Origin: Eledone cirrhosa
Taxonomy: Eukaryota
DNA length: 64,000 bases
Reading direction: 5' to 3'
Assembly: GCA_964016885.1 (NCBI GenBank)
Contig: OZ024741.1
Span: 387,810,001 to 387,874,000 of the forward strand
Positions 22,001 through 36,800 of this stretch are shown here, piece after piece (positions within the stretch are counted from its first letter, which is position 1; each line of letters starts with the position of its first letter). The notes under the pieces were generated by a model. It was given only the letters and a program-made list of their open reading frames with translations, was not told where the DNA came from and searched no databases. The position numbers were made by a program, and so were the translations under genes.

Positions 22001-25000
22001 TCATTCATGTAGAAAGCAAAATAACCATAAAAAAACGCTTGAAAGCGACTTAGAAAAAAGATCAATATTAACACAGGAGGTGGTATCAATATTAACACTG
22101 GAGGTGGTAGCAATATTAACACTGGAGGTGGTAGCAGTATTAACAATGGAGGTGGTAGCAATATTAACACAGGAGGTGGTATCAATATTAACACTGGAGG
22201 TGGTAGCAATATTAACACTGGAGGTGGTAGCAATATTAACACTGGAGGTGGTAGCAGTAATAACACTGGAGGTTGTAGCAGTATTAACACTGGAGGTGGT
22301 ATCAATATTAACACTGGAGGTGGTATCAATATTAACACTGGAGGTGGTATCAATATTAACACTGGAGGTGGTAGCAATATTAACACTGGAGGTGGTAGCA
22401 GTATTAACACAGGAGGTGGTATCAATATTAACACTGGAGGTGGTAGCAATATTAACACTGGAGGTGGTAGCAGTATTAACACAGGAGGTGGTATCAATAT
22501 TAACACTGGAGGTGGTAGCAATATTAACACTGGAGGTGGTAGCAGTATTAACACTGGAGGTGTTAGCAATATTAACACTGGAGGTGGTAGCAGTATTAAC
22601 AATGGAGGGGGTAGCAGTATTAACACTGGAGGGGGTAGCAATATTAACACTGGAGGTGGTAACAGTATTAACACTGGAGGGGGTAGCAGTATTAACACTG
22701 GAGGTGGTAGCAGTATTAACACTGGAGGTGGTAGCAGTATTAACACTGGAGGGGGTAGCAGTATTAACACTGGAGGTGGTAGCAGTATTAACACTGGAGG
22801 TGGTAGCAGTATTAACACTGGAGGTGTTAGCAGTATTAACACAGGAGGTGTTAGCAATATTAACACTGGAGGTGGTATCAATATTAACACTGGAGGTGGT
22901 AGCAGTATTAACACTGGAGGTGGTAGCAGTATTAAAACTGGAGGTGTTAGCAATATTAACACTGGAGGTGGTAGCAGTATTAACACTGGAGGGGGTAGCA
23001 GTATTAACACTGAAGGTGGTAGCAGTATTAACACAGGAGGTGTTAGCAATATTAACAATGGAGGTGGTATCAATATTAACACTGGAGGTGGTAGCAATAT
23101 TAACACTGGAGGTGGTAGCAGTATTAACACTGGAGGTGGTAGCAGTATTAACACAGGAGGTGTTAGCAATAATAACAATGGAGGTGGTATCAATATTAAC
23201 ACTGGAGGTGGTATCAGTATTAAAACTGGAGGTGGTATCAATATTAACACTGGAGGTGGTATCAGTATTAACACTGGAGGTGGTAGCAGTATTAACACTG
23301 GAGGTGGTAGCAATATTAACACTGGAGGTGGTATCAGTATTAACACTGGAGGTGGTAGCAGTATTAACACTGGAGGTGGTAGCAATATTAACACTGGAGG
23401 TGGTAGCAATATTAACACTGGAGGTGGTAGCAGTATTAACACTGGAGGTGGTAGCAATATTAACACTGGAGGTGGTAGCAGTATTAACACTGGAGGTGTT
23501 AGCAATATTAACACTGGAGGTGGAAGCAGTATTAACACTGGAGGGGGTAGCAGTATTCACACTGGAGGTGGTAGCAATATTAACACTGGAGGTGGTAGCA
23601 GTATTAACACTGGAGGTGGTAGCAATATTAACACTGGAGGTGGTATCAGTATTAACACTGGAGGTGGTAGCAGTATTAACACTGGAGGTGGTAGCAGTAT
23701 TAACACTGGAGGGGGTAGCAATATTAACACTGGAGGTGGTAGCAATATTAACACTGGAGGTGCTATCAATATTAACACTGGAGGTGGTAGCAGTATTAAC
23801 ACTGGAGGTGGTAGCAATATTAACACTGGAAGTGGTATCAATATTAACACTGGAGGTGGTAACAGTATTAACACTGGAGGTGGTAGCAGTATTAACACTG
23901 GAGGTGGTATCAATATTAGCACTGGAGGTGGTAGCAATATTAACACTGGAGGTGGTATCAATATTAACACTGGAGGTGGTAGCAGTATTAACACTGGAGG
24001 TGGTAGCAGTATTAACACTGGTGATGGTATCAATATTAACAATCGAGATGGTAGCAGCATTAACACTGGAGGTGGTAGCAGTATTAACACTGGAGGTGGT
24101 ATCAATATTAACACTGGAGGTGGTTGCAGTATTAACACTGGAGGTGGTAGCAGTATTAACACTGGAGGTGGTATAAATATTAACACTGGAGCGGGTATCA
24201 ATATTAACACTGGAGGTGGTAGCAGTATTAACACTGGAGGTGGTAGCAGTATTAACACTGGAGGTGGTAGCAATATTAACACTGGAGGTGCTAGCAGTAT
24301 TAACACTGGAGGTGGTAGCAATATTAACACTGGAGGTGGTAGCAGTATTAACACTGGAGGTGGTAGCAATATTAACACTGGAGGTGGTATAAGTATTAAC
24401 ACTGGAGGTGGTAGCATTATTAACACTGGAGGTGGTAGCAGTATTAACACTGAAGGTGGTAGCAGTATTAACACTGGAGTTGGTAGCAGTAATGACACTG
24501 GAGGTGGTATCAATATTAACACAGGAGGTGGTATCAATATTAACACTGGAGGTGGTAGCAATATTAACACTGGAGGTGGTAGCAATATTAACACTGGAGC
24601 AGGTATCAATATTAACACTGGAGGTGGTAGCAGTATTAACACTGGAGGTGGTAGCAATATTAACACTGGAGGTGGTAGCAGTATTAACACTGGAAGTGGT
24701 AGCAATATTAACACAGGAGGTGGTAGCAATATTAACACTGGAGGTGGTAGCAGTATTAACATTGGAGGTGGTAGCAATATTAACACTGGAGCAGGTATCA
24801 TTATTAACACTGGAGGTGGTAGCAGTATTAACACTGGAGGTGGTAGCAATATTAACACTGGAGGTGGTAGTAGTATTAACACTGGAGGTGGTACCAGTAT
24901 TAACACTGGAGGTGGTAGCAATATTAACACAGGAGGTGGTAGCAGTAATAACACTGGAGGTGATATCAATATTAACACAGGAGGTGTTAGCATTATTAAC

Positions 25001-28000
25001 ACTGGAGCAGGTATCAATATTAACACTGGAGGTGGTAGCAGTATTAACACTGGAGGTGGTAGCAGTATTAACACTGGAGGTGGTAGCAGTATTAACACTG
25101 GAGGTGGTAGCAGTATTAACACTGGAGGTGGTAGCAGTATTAACACTGGAGGTGGTAGCAGTATTAACACTGGAGGTGGTATCAATATTAACACTGGAGG
25201 TGGTAGCAATATTAACACTGGAGGTGGTAACAGTATTAACACTGGAGGTGGTAGCAGTATTAACACTGGAGGTGGTAGCAGTATTAACACTGGAGGTGGT
25301 AGCAATATTAACACTGGAGGTGGTATCAATATTAACACTGGAGGTGGTAGCAATATTAACACTGGAGGTGGTAGCAGTATTAACACTGGAGGTGGTAGCA
25401 GTATTAACACTGGAGGTGGTATAAATATTAACACTGGAGGTGGTATAAATATTAACACTGGAGGTGGTAGCAATATTAACACTGGAGGTGGTAGCAATAT
25501 TAACACTGGAGGTGTTAGCAATATTAACACAGGAGCGGGTATCAATATTAACACTGGAGGTGGTAGCAATATTAACACTGGAGGTGGTATCAATATTAAC
25601 ACAGGAGGTGTTAGCAATATTAACACTGGAGGTGGTATCAATATTAACACTGGAGGTGGTAGCAATATTAACACTGGAGGTGGTAGCAGTATTAACACTG
25701 GAGGTGTTAGCAATATTAACACTGGAGGTGGTAGCAGTATTAACACTGGAGGTGGTAGCAATATTAACACTGGAGGTGGTAGCAGTATTAACACTGGAGG
25801 TGTTAGCAATATTAACACTGGAGGTGGTAGCAGTATTAACACTGGAGGTGGTAGCAATATTAACACTGGAGGTGGTATCAGTATTAACACTGGAGGTGGT
25901 AGCAGTATTAACACTGGAGGTGGTAGCAATATTAACACTGGAGGTGGTAGCAATATTAACACTGGAGGTGGTAGCAGTATTAACACTGGAGGTGGTAGCA
26001 ATATTAACACTGGTGGTGGTAGCAGTATTAACACTGGAGGTGTTAGCAATATTAACACTGGAGGTGGAAGCAGTATTAACACTGGAGGGGGTAGCAGTAT
26101 TCACACTGGAGGTGGTAGCAATATTAACACTGGAGGTGGTAGCAGTATTAACACTGGAGGTGGTAGCAATATTAACACTGGAGGTGGTATCAGTATTAAC
26201 ACTGGAGGTGGTAGCAGTATTAACACTGGAGGTGGTAGCAGTATTAACACTGGAGGGGGTAGCAATATTAACACTGGAGGTGGTAGCAATATTAACACTG
26301 GAGGTGCTATCAATATTAACACTGGAGGTGGTAGCAGTATTAACACTGGAGGTGGTAGCAATATTAACACTGGAAGTGGTATCAATATTAACACTGGAGG
26401 TGGTAACAGTATTAACACTGGAGGTGGTAGCAGTATTAACACTGGAGGTGGTATCAATATTAGCACTGGAGGTGGTAGCAATATTAACACTGGAGGTGGT
26501 ATCAATATTAACACTGGAGGTGGTAGCAGTATTAACACTGGAGGTGGTAGCAGTATTAACACTGGTGATGGTATCAATATTAACAATCGAGATGGTAGCA
26601 GCATTAACACTGGAGGTGGTATCAATATTAACACTGGAGGTGGTTGCAGTATTAACACTGGAGGTGGTAGCAGTATTAACACTGGAGGTGGTAGCAGTAT
26701 TAACACTGGAGGTGGTATAAATATTAACACTGGAGCGGGTATCAATATTAACACTGGAGGTGGTAGCAGTATTAACACTGGAGGTGGTAGCAGTATTAAC
26801 ACTGGAGGTGGTAGCAATATTAACACTGGAGGTGCTAGCAGTATTAACACTGGAGGTGGTAGCAATATTAACACTGGAGGTGGTAGCAGTATTAACACTG
26901 GAGGTGGTAGCAATATTAACACTGGAGGTGGTATAAGTATTAACACTGGAGGTGGTAGCATTATTAACACTGGAGGTGGTAGCAGTATTAACACTGAAGG
27001 TGGTAGCAGTATTAACACTGGAGTTGGTAGCAGTAATGACACTGGAGGTGGTATCAATATTAACACAGGAGGTGGTATCAATATTAACACTGGAGGTGGT
27101 AGCAATATTAACACTGGAGGTGGTAGCAATATTAACACTGGAGCAGGTATCAATATTAACACTGGAGGTGGTAGCAGTATTAACACTGGAGGTGGTAGCA
27201 ATATTAACACTGGAGGTGGTAGCAGTATTAACACTGGAAGTGGTAGCAATATTAACACAGGAGGTGGTAGCAATATTAACACTGGAGGTGGTAGCAGTAT
27301 TAACATTGGAGGTGGTAGCAATATTAACACTGGAGCAGGTATCATTATTAACACTGGAGGTGGTAGCAGTATTAACACTGGAGGTGGTAGCAATATTAAC
27401 ACTGGAGGTGGTAGTAGTATTAACACTGGAGGTGGTACCAGTATTAACACTGGAGGTGGTAGCAATATTAACACAGGAGGTGGTAGCAGTAATAACACTG
27501 GAGGTGGTATCAATATTAACACAGGAGGTGTTAGCATTATTAACACTGGAGCAGGTATCAATATTAACACTGGAGGTGGTAGCAGTATTAACACTGGAGG
27601 TGGTAGCAGTATTAACACTGGAGGTGGTAGCAGTATTAACACTGGAGGTGGTAGCAGTATTAACACTGGAGGTGGTAGCAGTATTAACACTGGAGGTGGT
27701 AGCAGTATTAACACTGGAGGTGGTATCAATATTAACACTGGAGGTGGTAGCAATATTAACACTGGAGGTGGTAACAGTATTAACACTGGAGGTGGTAGCA
27801 GTATTAACACTGGAGGTGGTAGCAGTATTAACACTGGAGGTGGTAGCAATATTAACACTGGAGGTGGTATCAATATTAACACTGGAGGTGGTAGCAATAT
27901 TAACACTGGAGGTGGTAGCAGTATTAACACTGGAGGTGGTAGCAGTATTAACACTGGAGGTGGTATAAATATTAACACTGGAGGTGGTATAAATATTAAC

Positions 28001-31000
28001 ACTGGAGGTGGTAGCAATATTAACACTGGAGGTGGTAGCAATATTAACACTGGAGGTGTTAGCAATATTAACACAGGAGCGGGTATCAATATTAACACTG
28101 GAGGTGGTAGCAATATTAACACTGGAGGTGGTATCAATATTAACACAGGAGGTGTTAGCAATATTAACACTGGAGGTGGTATCAATATTAACACTGGAGG
28201 TGGTAGCAATATTAACACTGGAGGTGGTAGCAGTATTAACACTGGAGGTGTTAGCAATATTAACACTGGAGGTGGTAGCAGTATTAACACTGGAGGTGGT
28301 AGCAATATTAACACTGGAGGTGGTAGCAGTATTAACACTGGAGGTGTTAGCAATATTAACACTGGAGGTGGTAGCAGTATTAACACTGGAGGTGGTAGCA
28401 ATATTAACACTGGAGGTGGTATCAGTATTAACACTGGAGGTGGTAGCAGTATTAACACTGGAGGTGGTAGCAATATTAACACTGGAGGTGGTAGCAATAT
28501 TAACACTGGAGGTGGTAGCAGTATTAACACTGGAGGTGGTAGCAATATTAACACTGGTGGTGGTAGCAGTATTAACACTGGAGGTGTTAGCAATATTAAC
28601 ACTGGAGGTGGAAGCAGTATTAACACTGGAGGGGGTAGCAGTATTCACACTGGAGGTGGTAGCAATATTAACACTGGAGGTGGTAGCAGTATTAACACTG
28701 GAGGTGGTAGCAATATTAACACTGGAGGTGGTATCAGTATTAACACTGGAGGTGGTAGCAGTATTAACACTGGAGGTGGTAGCAGTATTAACACTGGAGG
28801 GGGTAGCAATATTAACACTGGAGGTGGTAGCAATATTAACACTGGAGGTGCTATCAATATTAACACTGGAGGTGGTAGCAGTATTAACACTGGAGGTGGT
28901 AGCAATATTAACACTGGAAGTGGTATCAATATTAACACTGGAGGTGGTAACAGTATTAACACTGGAGGTGGTAGCAGTATTAACACTGGAGGTGGTATCA
29001 ATATTAGCACTGGAGGTGGTAGCAATATTAACACTGGAGGTGGTATCAATATTAACACTGGAGGTGGTAGCAGTATTAACACTGGAGGTGGTAGCAGTAT
29101 TAACACTGGTGATGGTATCAATATTAACAATCGAGATGGTAGCAGCATTAACACTGGAGGTGGTATCAATATTAACACTGGAGGTGGTTGCAGTATTAAC
29201 ACTGGAGGTGGTAGCAGTATTAACACTGGAGGTGGTAGCAGTATTAACACTGGAGGTGGTATAAATATTAACACTGGAGCGGGTATCAATATTAACACTG
29301 GAGGTGGTAGCAGTATTAACACTGGAGGTGGTAGCAGTATTAACACTGGAGGTGGTAGCAATATTAACACTGGAGGTGCTAGCAGTATTAACACTGGAGG
29401 TGGTAGCAATATTAACACTGGAGGTGGTAGCAGTATTAACACTGGAGGTGGTAGCAATATTAACACTGGAGGTGGTATAAGTATTAACACTGGAGGTGGT
29501 AGCATTATTAACACTGGAGGTGGTAGCAGTATTAACACTGAAGGTGGTAGCAGTATTAACACTGGAGTTGGTAGCAGTAATGACACTGGAGGTGGTATCA
29601 ATATTAACACAGGAGGTGGTATCAATATTAACACTGGAGGTGGTAGCAATATTAACACTGGAGGTGGTAGCAATATTAACACTGGAGCAGGTATCAATAT
29701 TAACACTGGAGGTGGTAGCAGTATTAACACTGGAGGTGGTAGCAATATTAACACTGGAAGTGGTAGCAGTATTAACACTGGAAGTGGTAGCAATATTAAC
29801 ACTGGAGGTGGTAGCAGTATTAACACTGGAGGTGGTAGCAGTATTAACACTGGAGGTGGTAGCAGTATTAACACTGGAAGTGGTAGCAATATTAACACAG
29901 GAGGTGGTAGCAATATTAACACTGGAGGTGGTAGCAGTATTAACATTGGAGGTGGTAGCAATATTAACACTGGAGCAGGTATCATTATTAACACTGGAGG
30001 TGGTAGCAGTATTAACACTGGAGGTGGTAGCAATATTAACACTGGAGGTGGTAGTAGTATTAACACTGGAGGTGGTACCAGTATTAACATTGGAGGTGGT
30101 AGCAATATTAACACAGGAGGTGGTAGCAGTAATAACACTGGAGGTGGTATCAATATTAACACAGGAGGTGTTAGCAATATTAACACTGGAGCAGGTATCA
30201 ATATTAACACTGGAGGTGGTAGCAGTATTAACACTGGAGGTGGTAGCAGTATTAACACTGGAGGTGGTAGCAGTATTAACACTGGAGGTGGTAGCAGTAT
30301 TAACACTGGAGGTGGTAGCAGTATTAACACTGGAGGTAGTAGCAGTATTAACACTGGAGGTGTTAGCAATATTAACACTGGAGGTGGTAGCAGTATTAAC
30401 ACTGGAGGGGGTAGCAGTATTAACACTGGAGGTGGTAGCAGTATTAACACTGGAGGTGGTAGCAATATTAACACTGGAGGTGGTAGCAGTATTAACACTG
30501 GAGATGGTAGCAGTATTAACACTGGAGGGGGTAGCAGTATTAACACTGGAGGTGGTAGCAGTATTAACACTGGAGGTGGTAGCAGTATTAACACTGGAGG
30601 TGTTAGCAGTATTAACACTGGAGGGGGTAGCAATATTAACACTGGAGGTGGTAACAGTATTAACACTGGAGGTGGTAGCAATATTAACACTGGAGGTGGT
30701 AGCAGTATTAACACTGGAGGTGGTAGCAATATTAACACTGGAGGTGGTAGCAGTATTAACACTGGAGGTGTTAGCAGTATTAACACTGGAGGGGGTAGCA
30801 GTATTAACACTGGAGGGGGTAGCAGTATTAACACTGGAGGTGTTAGCAATATTAACACTGGAGGTGGTAGCAGTATTAACACTGGAGGTGGTAGCAATAT
30901 TAACACTGGAGGTGGTAGCAATATTAACACTGGAGGTGGTAGCAGTATTAACACTGGAGGTGTTAGCAATATTAACACTGGAGGTGTTAGCAATATTAAC

Positions 31001-33883
31001 ACTGGAGGTGGTAGCAGTATTAACACTGGAGGGGGTAGCAGTATTAACACTGAAGGGGGTAGCAATATTAACACTGGAGGTGGTAACAGTATTAACACTG
31101 GAGGGGGTAGCAGTATTAACACTGGAGGTGGTAGCAGTATTAACACTGGAGGTGGTAGCAGTATTAACACTGGAGGGGGTAGCAGTATTAACACTGGAGG
31201 TGGTAGCAGTATTAACACTGGAGGTGGTAGCAGTATTAACACTGGAGGTGTTAGCAGTATTAACACAGGAGGTGTTAGCAATATTAACACTGGAGGTGGT
31301 ATCAATATTAACACTGGAGGTGGTAGCAATATTAACACTGGAGGTGGTAGCAGTATTAACACTGGAGGTGGTAGCAGTATTAAAACTGGAGGTGTTAGCA
31401 ATATTAACACTGGAGGTGGTAGCAGTATTAACACTGGAGGGTGTAGCAGTATTAACACTGGAGGTGGTAGCAGTATTAACACAGGAGGTGTTAGCAATAT
31501 TAACAATGGAGGTGGTATCAATATTAACACTGGAGGTGGTAGCAATATTAACACTGGAGGTGGTAGCAGTATTAACACTGGAGGTGGTAGCAGTATTAAC
31601 ACAGGAGGTGTTAGCAATATTAACAATGGAGGTAGTATCAATATTAACACTGGAGGTGGTAGCAATATTAACACTGCAGGTGGTAGCAGTATTAATACTG
31701 GAGGTGGTAGCAATATTAACACTGGAGGTGGTATCTGTATTAACACTGGAGGTGGTAGCAGTATTAACACTGGAGGTGGTAGCAATATTAACACTGGAGG
31801 TGGTATCAGTATTAACACTGGAGGTGGTAGCAGTATTAACACTGGAGGTGGTAGCAATATTAACACTGGAGGTGGTAGCAATATTAACACTGGAGGTGGT
31901 AGCAGTATTAACACTGGAGGTGGTTGAAATATTAACACTGGAGGTGGTAGCAGTATTAACACTGGAGGTGTTAGGAATATTAACACTGGAGGTGGTAGCA
32001 GTATTAATACTGGAGGGGGTAGCAGTATTAACACTGGAGGTGGTAGCAATATTAACACTGGAGGTGGTAGCAGTATTAACACTGGAGGTGGTAGCAATAT
32101 TAACACTGGAGGTGGTATCAGTATTAACACTGGAGGTGGTAGCAGTATTAACACTGGAGGGGGTAGCAATATTAACACTGGAGGTGGTAGCAATATTAAC
32201 ACTGGAGGTGGTATCAATATTAACACTGGAAGTGGTATCAATATTAACACTGGAGGTGGTAGCAGTATTAACACTGGTGATGGTATCAATATTAACAATC
32301 GAGGTGGTAGCAGTATTAACACTGGAGGTGGTATCAATATTAACACTGGAGGTGGTAGCAGTATTAACACTGGAGGTGGTAGCAGTATTAACACTGGAGG
32401 TGGTATAAATATTAACACTGGAGGTGGTATCAATATTAACACTGGAGCGGGTATCAATATTAACACTGGAGGTGGTAGCAGTATTAACAATGGAGGTGGT
32501 AGCAGTATTAACACTGGAGGTGGTAGCAATATTAACACTGGAGGTGCTAGCAGTATTAACACTGGAGGTGGTAGCAATATTAACACTGGAGGTGGTAGCA
32601 GTATTAACACTGGAGGTGGTAGCAATATTAACACTGGAGGTGGTATAAGTATTAACACTGGAGGTGGTAGCATTATTAACACTGGAGGTGGTAGCAGTAT
32701 TAACACTGAAGGTGGTAGCAGTATTAACACTGGAGGTGGTAGCAGTATTAACACTGGAGGTGGTAGCAGTATTAACACTGGAGGTGTTAGCAGTATTAAC
32801 ACTGGAGGTGGTATAAATATTAACACTGGAGGTGGTATCAATATTAACACTGGAGCGGGTATCAATATTAACACTGGAGGTGGTAGCAGTATTAACAATG
32901 GAGGTGGTAGCAGTATTAACACTGGAGGTGGTAGCAATATTAACACTGGAGGTGCTAGCAGTATTAACACTGGAGGTGGTAGCAATATTAACACTGGAGG
33001 TGGTAGCAGTATTAACACTGGAGGTGGTAGCAATATTAACACTGGAGGTGGTATAAGTATTAACACTGGAGGTGGTAGCATTATTAACACTGGAGGTGGT
33101 AGCAGTATTAACACTGAAGGTGGTAGCAGTATTAACACTGGAGGTGGTAGCAGTATTAACACTGGAGGTGGTAGCAATATTAACACTGGAGGTGGTATCA
33201 GTATTAACACTGGAGTTGGTAGCAGTAATGACACTCGAGGTGGTATCAATATTAACACAGGAGGTGGTATCAATATTAACACTGGAGGTGGTAGCAATAT
33301 TAACACTGGAGGTGGTAGCCATATTAACACTGGAGCAGGTATCAATATTAACACTGGAGGTGGTAGCAGTATTAACACTGGAGGTGGTAGCAATATTAAC
33401 ACTGGAGGTGGTAGCAGTATTAACACTGGAAGTGGTAGCAATATTAACACAGGAGGTGGTAGCAATATTAACACTGGAGGTGGTAGCAGTATTAACATTG
33501 GAGGTGGTAGCAATATTAACACTGGAGCAGGTATCAATATTAACACTGGAGGTGGTAGCAGTATTAACACTGGAGGTGGTAGCAATATTAACACAGGAGG
33601 TGGTATCAGTAATAACACTGGAGGTGGTATCAATATTAACACAGGAGGTGTTAGCAATATTAACACTGGAGCAGGTATCAATATTAACACTGGAGGTGGT
33701 AGCAGTATTAACACTGGAGGTGGTAGCAATATTAACACTGGAGGTGGTAGCAGTATTAATACTGGAGGTGGTAGCAGTATTAACACTGGAGGTGGTAGCA
33801 GTATTAACACTGGAGGTGGTAGCAGTATTAACACTGGAGGTGTTAGCAATATTAACACTGGAGGTGGTAGCAGTATTAACACT
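22001..33883 (-). other. Stop-free Thr/Ser-rich (TATTSSVN)n frame, mucin-like; coding status unproven
   Basis: ORF track 22001..33322 (3773 aa); the frame stays open up to the G-run at 33884 and ends in DLFSKSLSSVFLWLFCFLHE*. Openness is expected from the repeat unit alone. Confidence 0.2.
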
Positions 33884-36800
33884 GGGGGGGGGGGGGGTTT
33901 AGCAGTATTAACACTGGAGGTGGTAGCAGTATTAACACTGGAGGTGGTAGCAATATTAACACTGGAGGTGGTAGCAGTATTAACACTGGAGGTGGTAGCA
34001 GTATTAACACTGGAGGGGGTAGCAGTATTAACACTGGAGGTGGTAGCAGTATTAACACTGGAGGTGGTAGCAGTATTAACACTGGAGGTGGTAGCAGTAT
34101 TAACACTGGAGGGGGTAGCAATATTAACACTGGAGGTGGTAGCAGTATTAACACTGGAGGTGGTAGCAATATTAACACTGGAGGTGGTAGCAGTATTAAC
34201 ACTGGAGGTGGTAGCAATATTAAAACTGGAGGTGGTAGCAGTATTAACACTGGAGGTGTTAGCAGTATTAACACTGGAGGGGGTAGCAGTATTAACACTG
34301 GAGGGGGTAGCAGTATTAACACTGGAGGTGTTAGCAATATTAACACTGGAGGTGGTAGCAGTATTAACACTGGAGGTGGTAGCAATATTAACACTGGAGG
34401 TGGTAGCAGTATTAACACTGGAGGTGTTAGCAGTATTAACACTGGAGGGGGTAGCAGTATTAACACTGGAGGTGGTAGCAGTATTAACACTGGAGGTGGT
34501 AGCAGTATTAACACTGGAGGTGTTAGCAGTATTAACACTGGAGGTGGTATCAATATTAACACAGGAGGTGGTAGCAATATTAACACTGGAGGTGTTAGCA
34601 ATATTAACACTGGAGGTGGTATCAATATTAACACTGGAGGTGGTAGCAATATTAACACTGGAGGTGGTAGCAGTATTAACTCTGGAGGTGGTAGCAGTAT
34701 TAACACTGCAGGTGGTATCAATATTAACACTGGAGGGGGTAGCAGTATTAACACTGGAGGGGGTAGCAGTATTAACACTGGAGGTGGTAGCAGTATTAAC
34801 ACTGGAGGTGGTAGCAGTATTAACACTGGAGGTGGTAGCAATATTAACACTGGAGGTGGTAGCAGTATTAACACTGGAGGTGGTAGCAATATTAACACTG
34901 GAGGTGTTAGCAGTATTAACACTGGAGGTGGTAGCAGTATTAACACTGGAGGTGGTAGCAATATTAACACTGGAGGTGGTAGCAGTATTAACACAGGAGG
35001 TGTTAGCAATATTAACACTGGAGGTGCTATCAATATTAACACTGGAGGTGGTAGCAATATTAACACTGGAGGTGGTAGCAGTATTAACACTGGAGGTGGT
35101 AGCAATATTAACACTGGAGGTGTTAGCAGTATTAACACTGGAGGTGGTAGCAGTATTAACACTGGAGGTGGTAGCAATATTAACACTGGAGGTGGTAGAA
35201 GTATTAACACTGGAGGTGTTAGCAATATTACACTGGAGGTGGTAGCAGTATTAACACTGGAGGGGGTAGCAGTATTAACACTGGAGGTGGTAGCAATATT
35301 AACACTGGAGATGGTAGCCATATTAACACTGGAGGTGGTAGCAATATTAACACTGGAGGTGGTAGGAATATTAACACTGGAGGTGGTATCAATATTAACA
35401 CTGGAGGTGGTAGCAGTATTAACACTGGAGGTGGTAGCAATATTAACACTGGAAGTGGTATCAATATTAACACTGGAGGTGGTAGCAGTATTAACACTGG
35501 AGGTGGTAGCAGTATTAACACTGGAGGTGGTTTCAATATTAGCACTGGAGGTGGTAGCAATATTAACACTGGAGGTGGTATCAATATTAACACTGGAGAT
35601 GGTAGCAGTATTAACACTGGAGGTGGTAGCAGTATTAACAGTGGTGATGGTATAAAAATTAACAATCGAGGTGGTAGCAGTATTAACACTGGAGGTGGTA
35701 TCAATATTAACACTGGAGGTGGTAGCAGTATTAACACTGGAGGTGGTAGCAGTATTAACACTGGAGGTGGTATAAATATTAACACTGGAGGTGGTATCAA
35801 TATTATCACTGGAGCGGGTATCAATATTAACACTGGAGGTGGTAGCAGTATTAACACTGGAGGTGGTAGCAATATTAACACTGGAGGTGGTAGCAATATT
35901 AACACTGGAGGTGGTAGCAGTATTAACACTGGAGGTGGTTGCAATATTAACACTGGAGGTGGTAGCAGTATTAACACTGGAGGTGTTAGGAATATTAACA
36001 CTGGAGGTGGTAGCAGTATTAATACTGGAGGGGGTAGCAGTATTAACACTGGAGGTGGTAGCAATATTAACACTGGAGGTGGTAGCAGTATTAACACTGG
36101 AGGTGGTATAAATATTAACACTGGAGGTGGTATCAATATTATCACTGGAGCGGGTATCAATATTAACACTGGAGGTGGTAGCAGTATTAACACTGGAGGT
36201 GGTAGCAATATTAACACTGGAGGTGGTAGCAATATTAACACTGGAGGTAGTAGCAATATTAACACTGGAGGTGGTAGCAGTATTAACACTGGAGGTGGTA
36301 GCAGTATTAACACTGGAGGTGGTAGCAGTATTAACACTGGAGGTGGTAGCAGTATTAACACAGGAGGTGTTAGCAATATTAACAATGGAGGTGGTATCAA
36401 TATTAACACTGGAGGTGGTAGCAATATTAACACTGGAGGTGGTAGCAGTATTAACACTGGAGGTGGTAGCAATATTAACACTGGAGGTGTTAGCAGTATT
36501 AACACTGTAGGTGGTAGCAGTATTAACACTGGAGGTGGTAGCAATATTAACACTGGAGGTGGTAGCAATATTAACACTGGAAGTGGTATCAATATTAACA
36601 CTGGAGGTGGTAGCAGTATTAACACTGGAGGTGTTAGCAATATTCACACTGGAGCAGGTATCAATATTAACACTGGAGGTGGTAGCAGTATTAACACTGG
36701 AGGTGGTAGCAATATTAACACAGGAGGTGGTAGCAATATTAACACTGGAGGTGGTAGCAGTATTAACATTGGAGGTGGTAGCAATATTAACACTGGAGCA

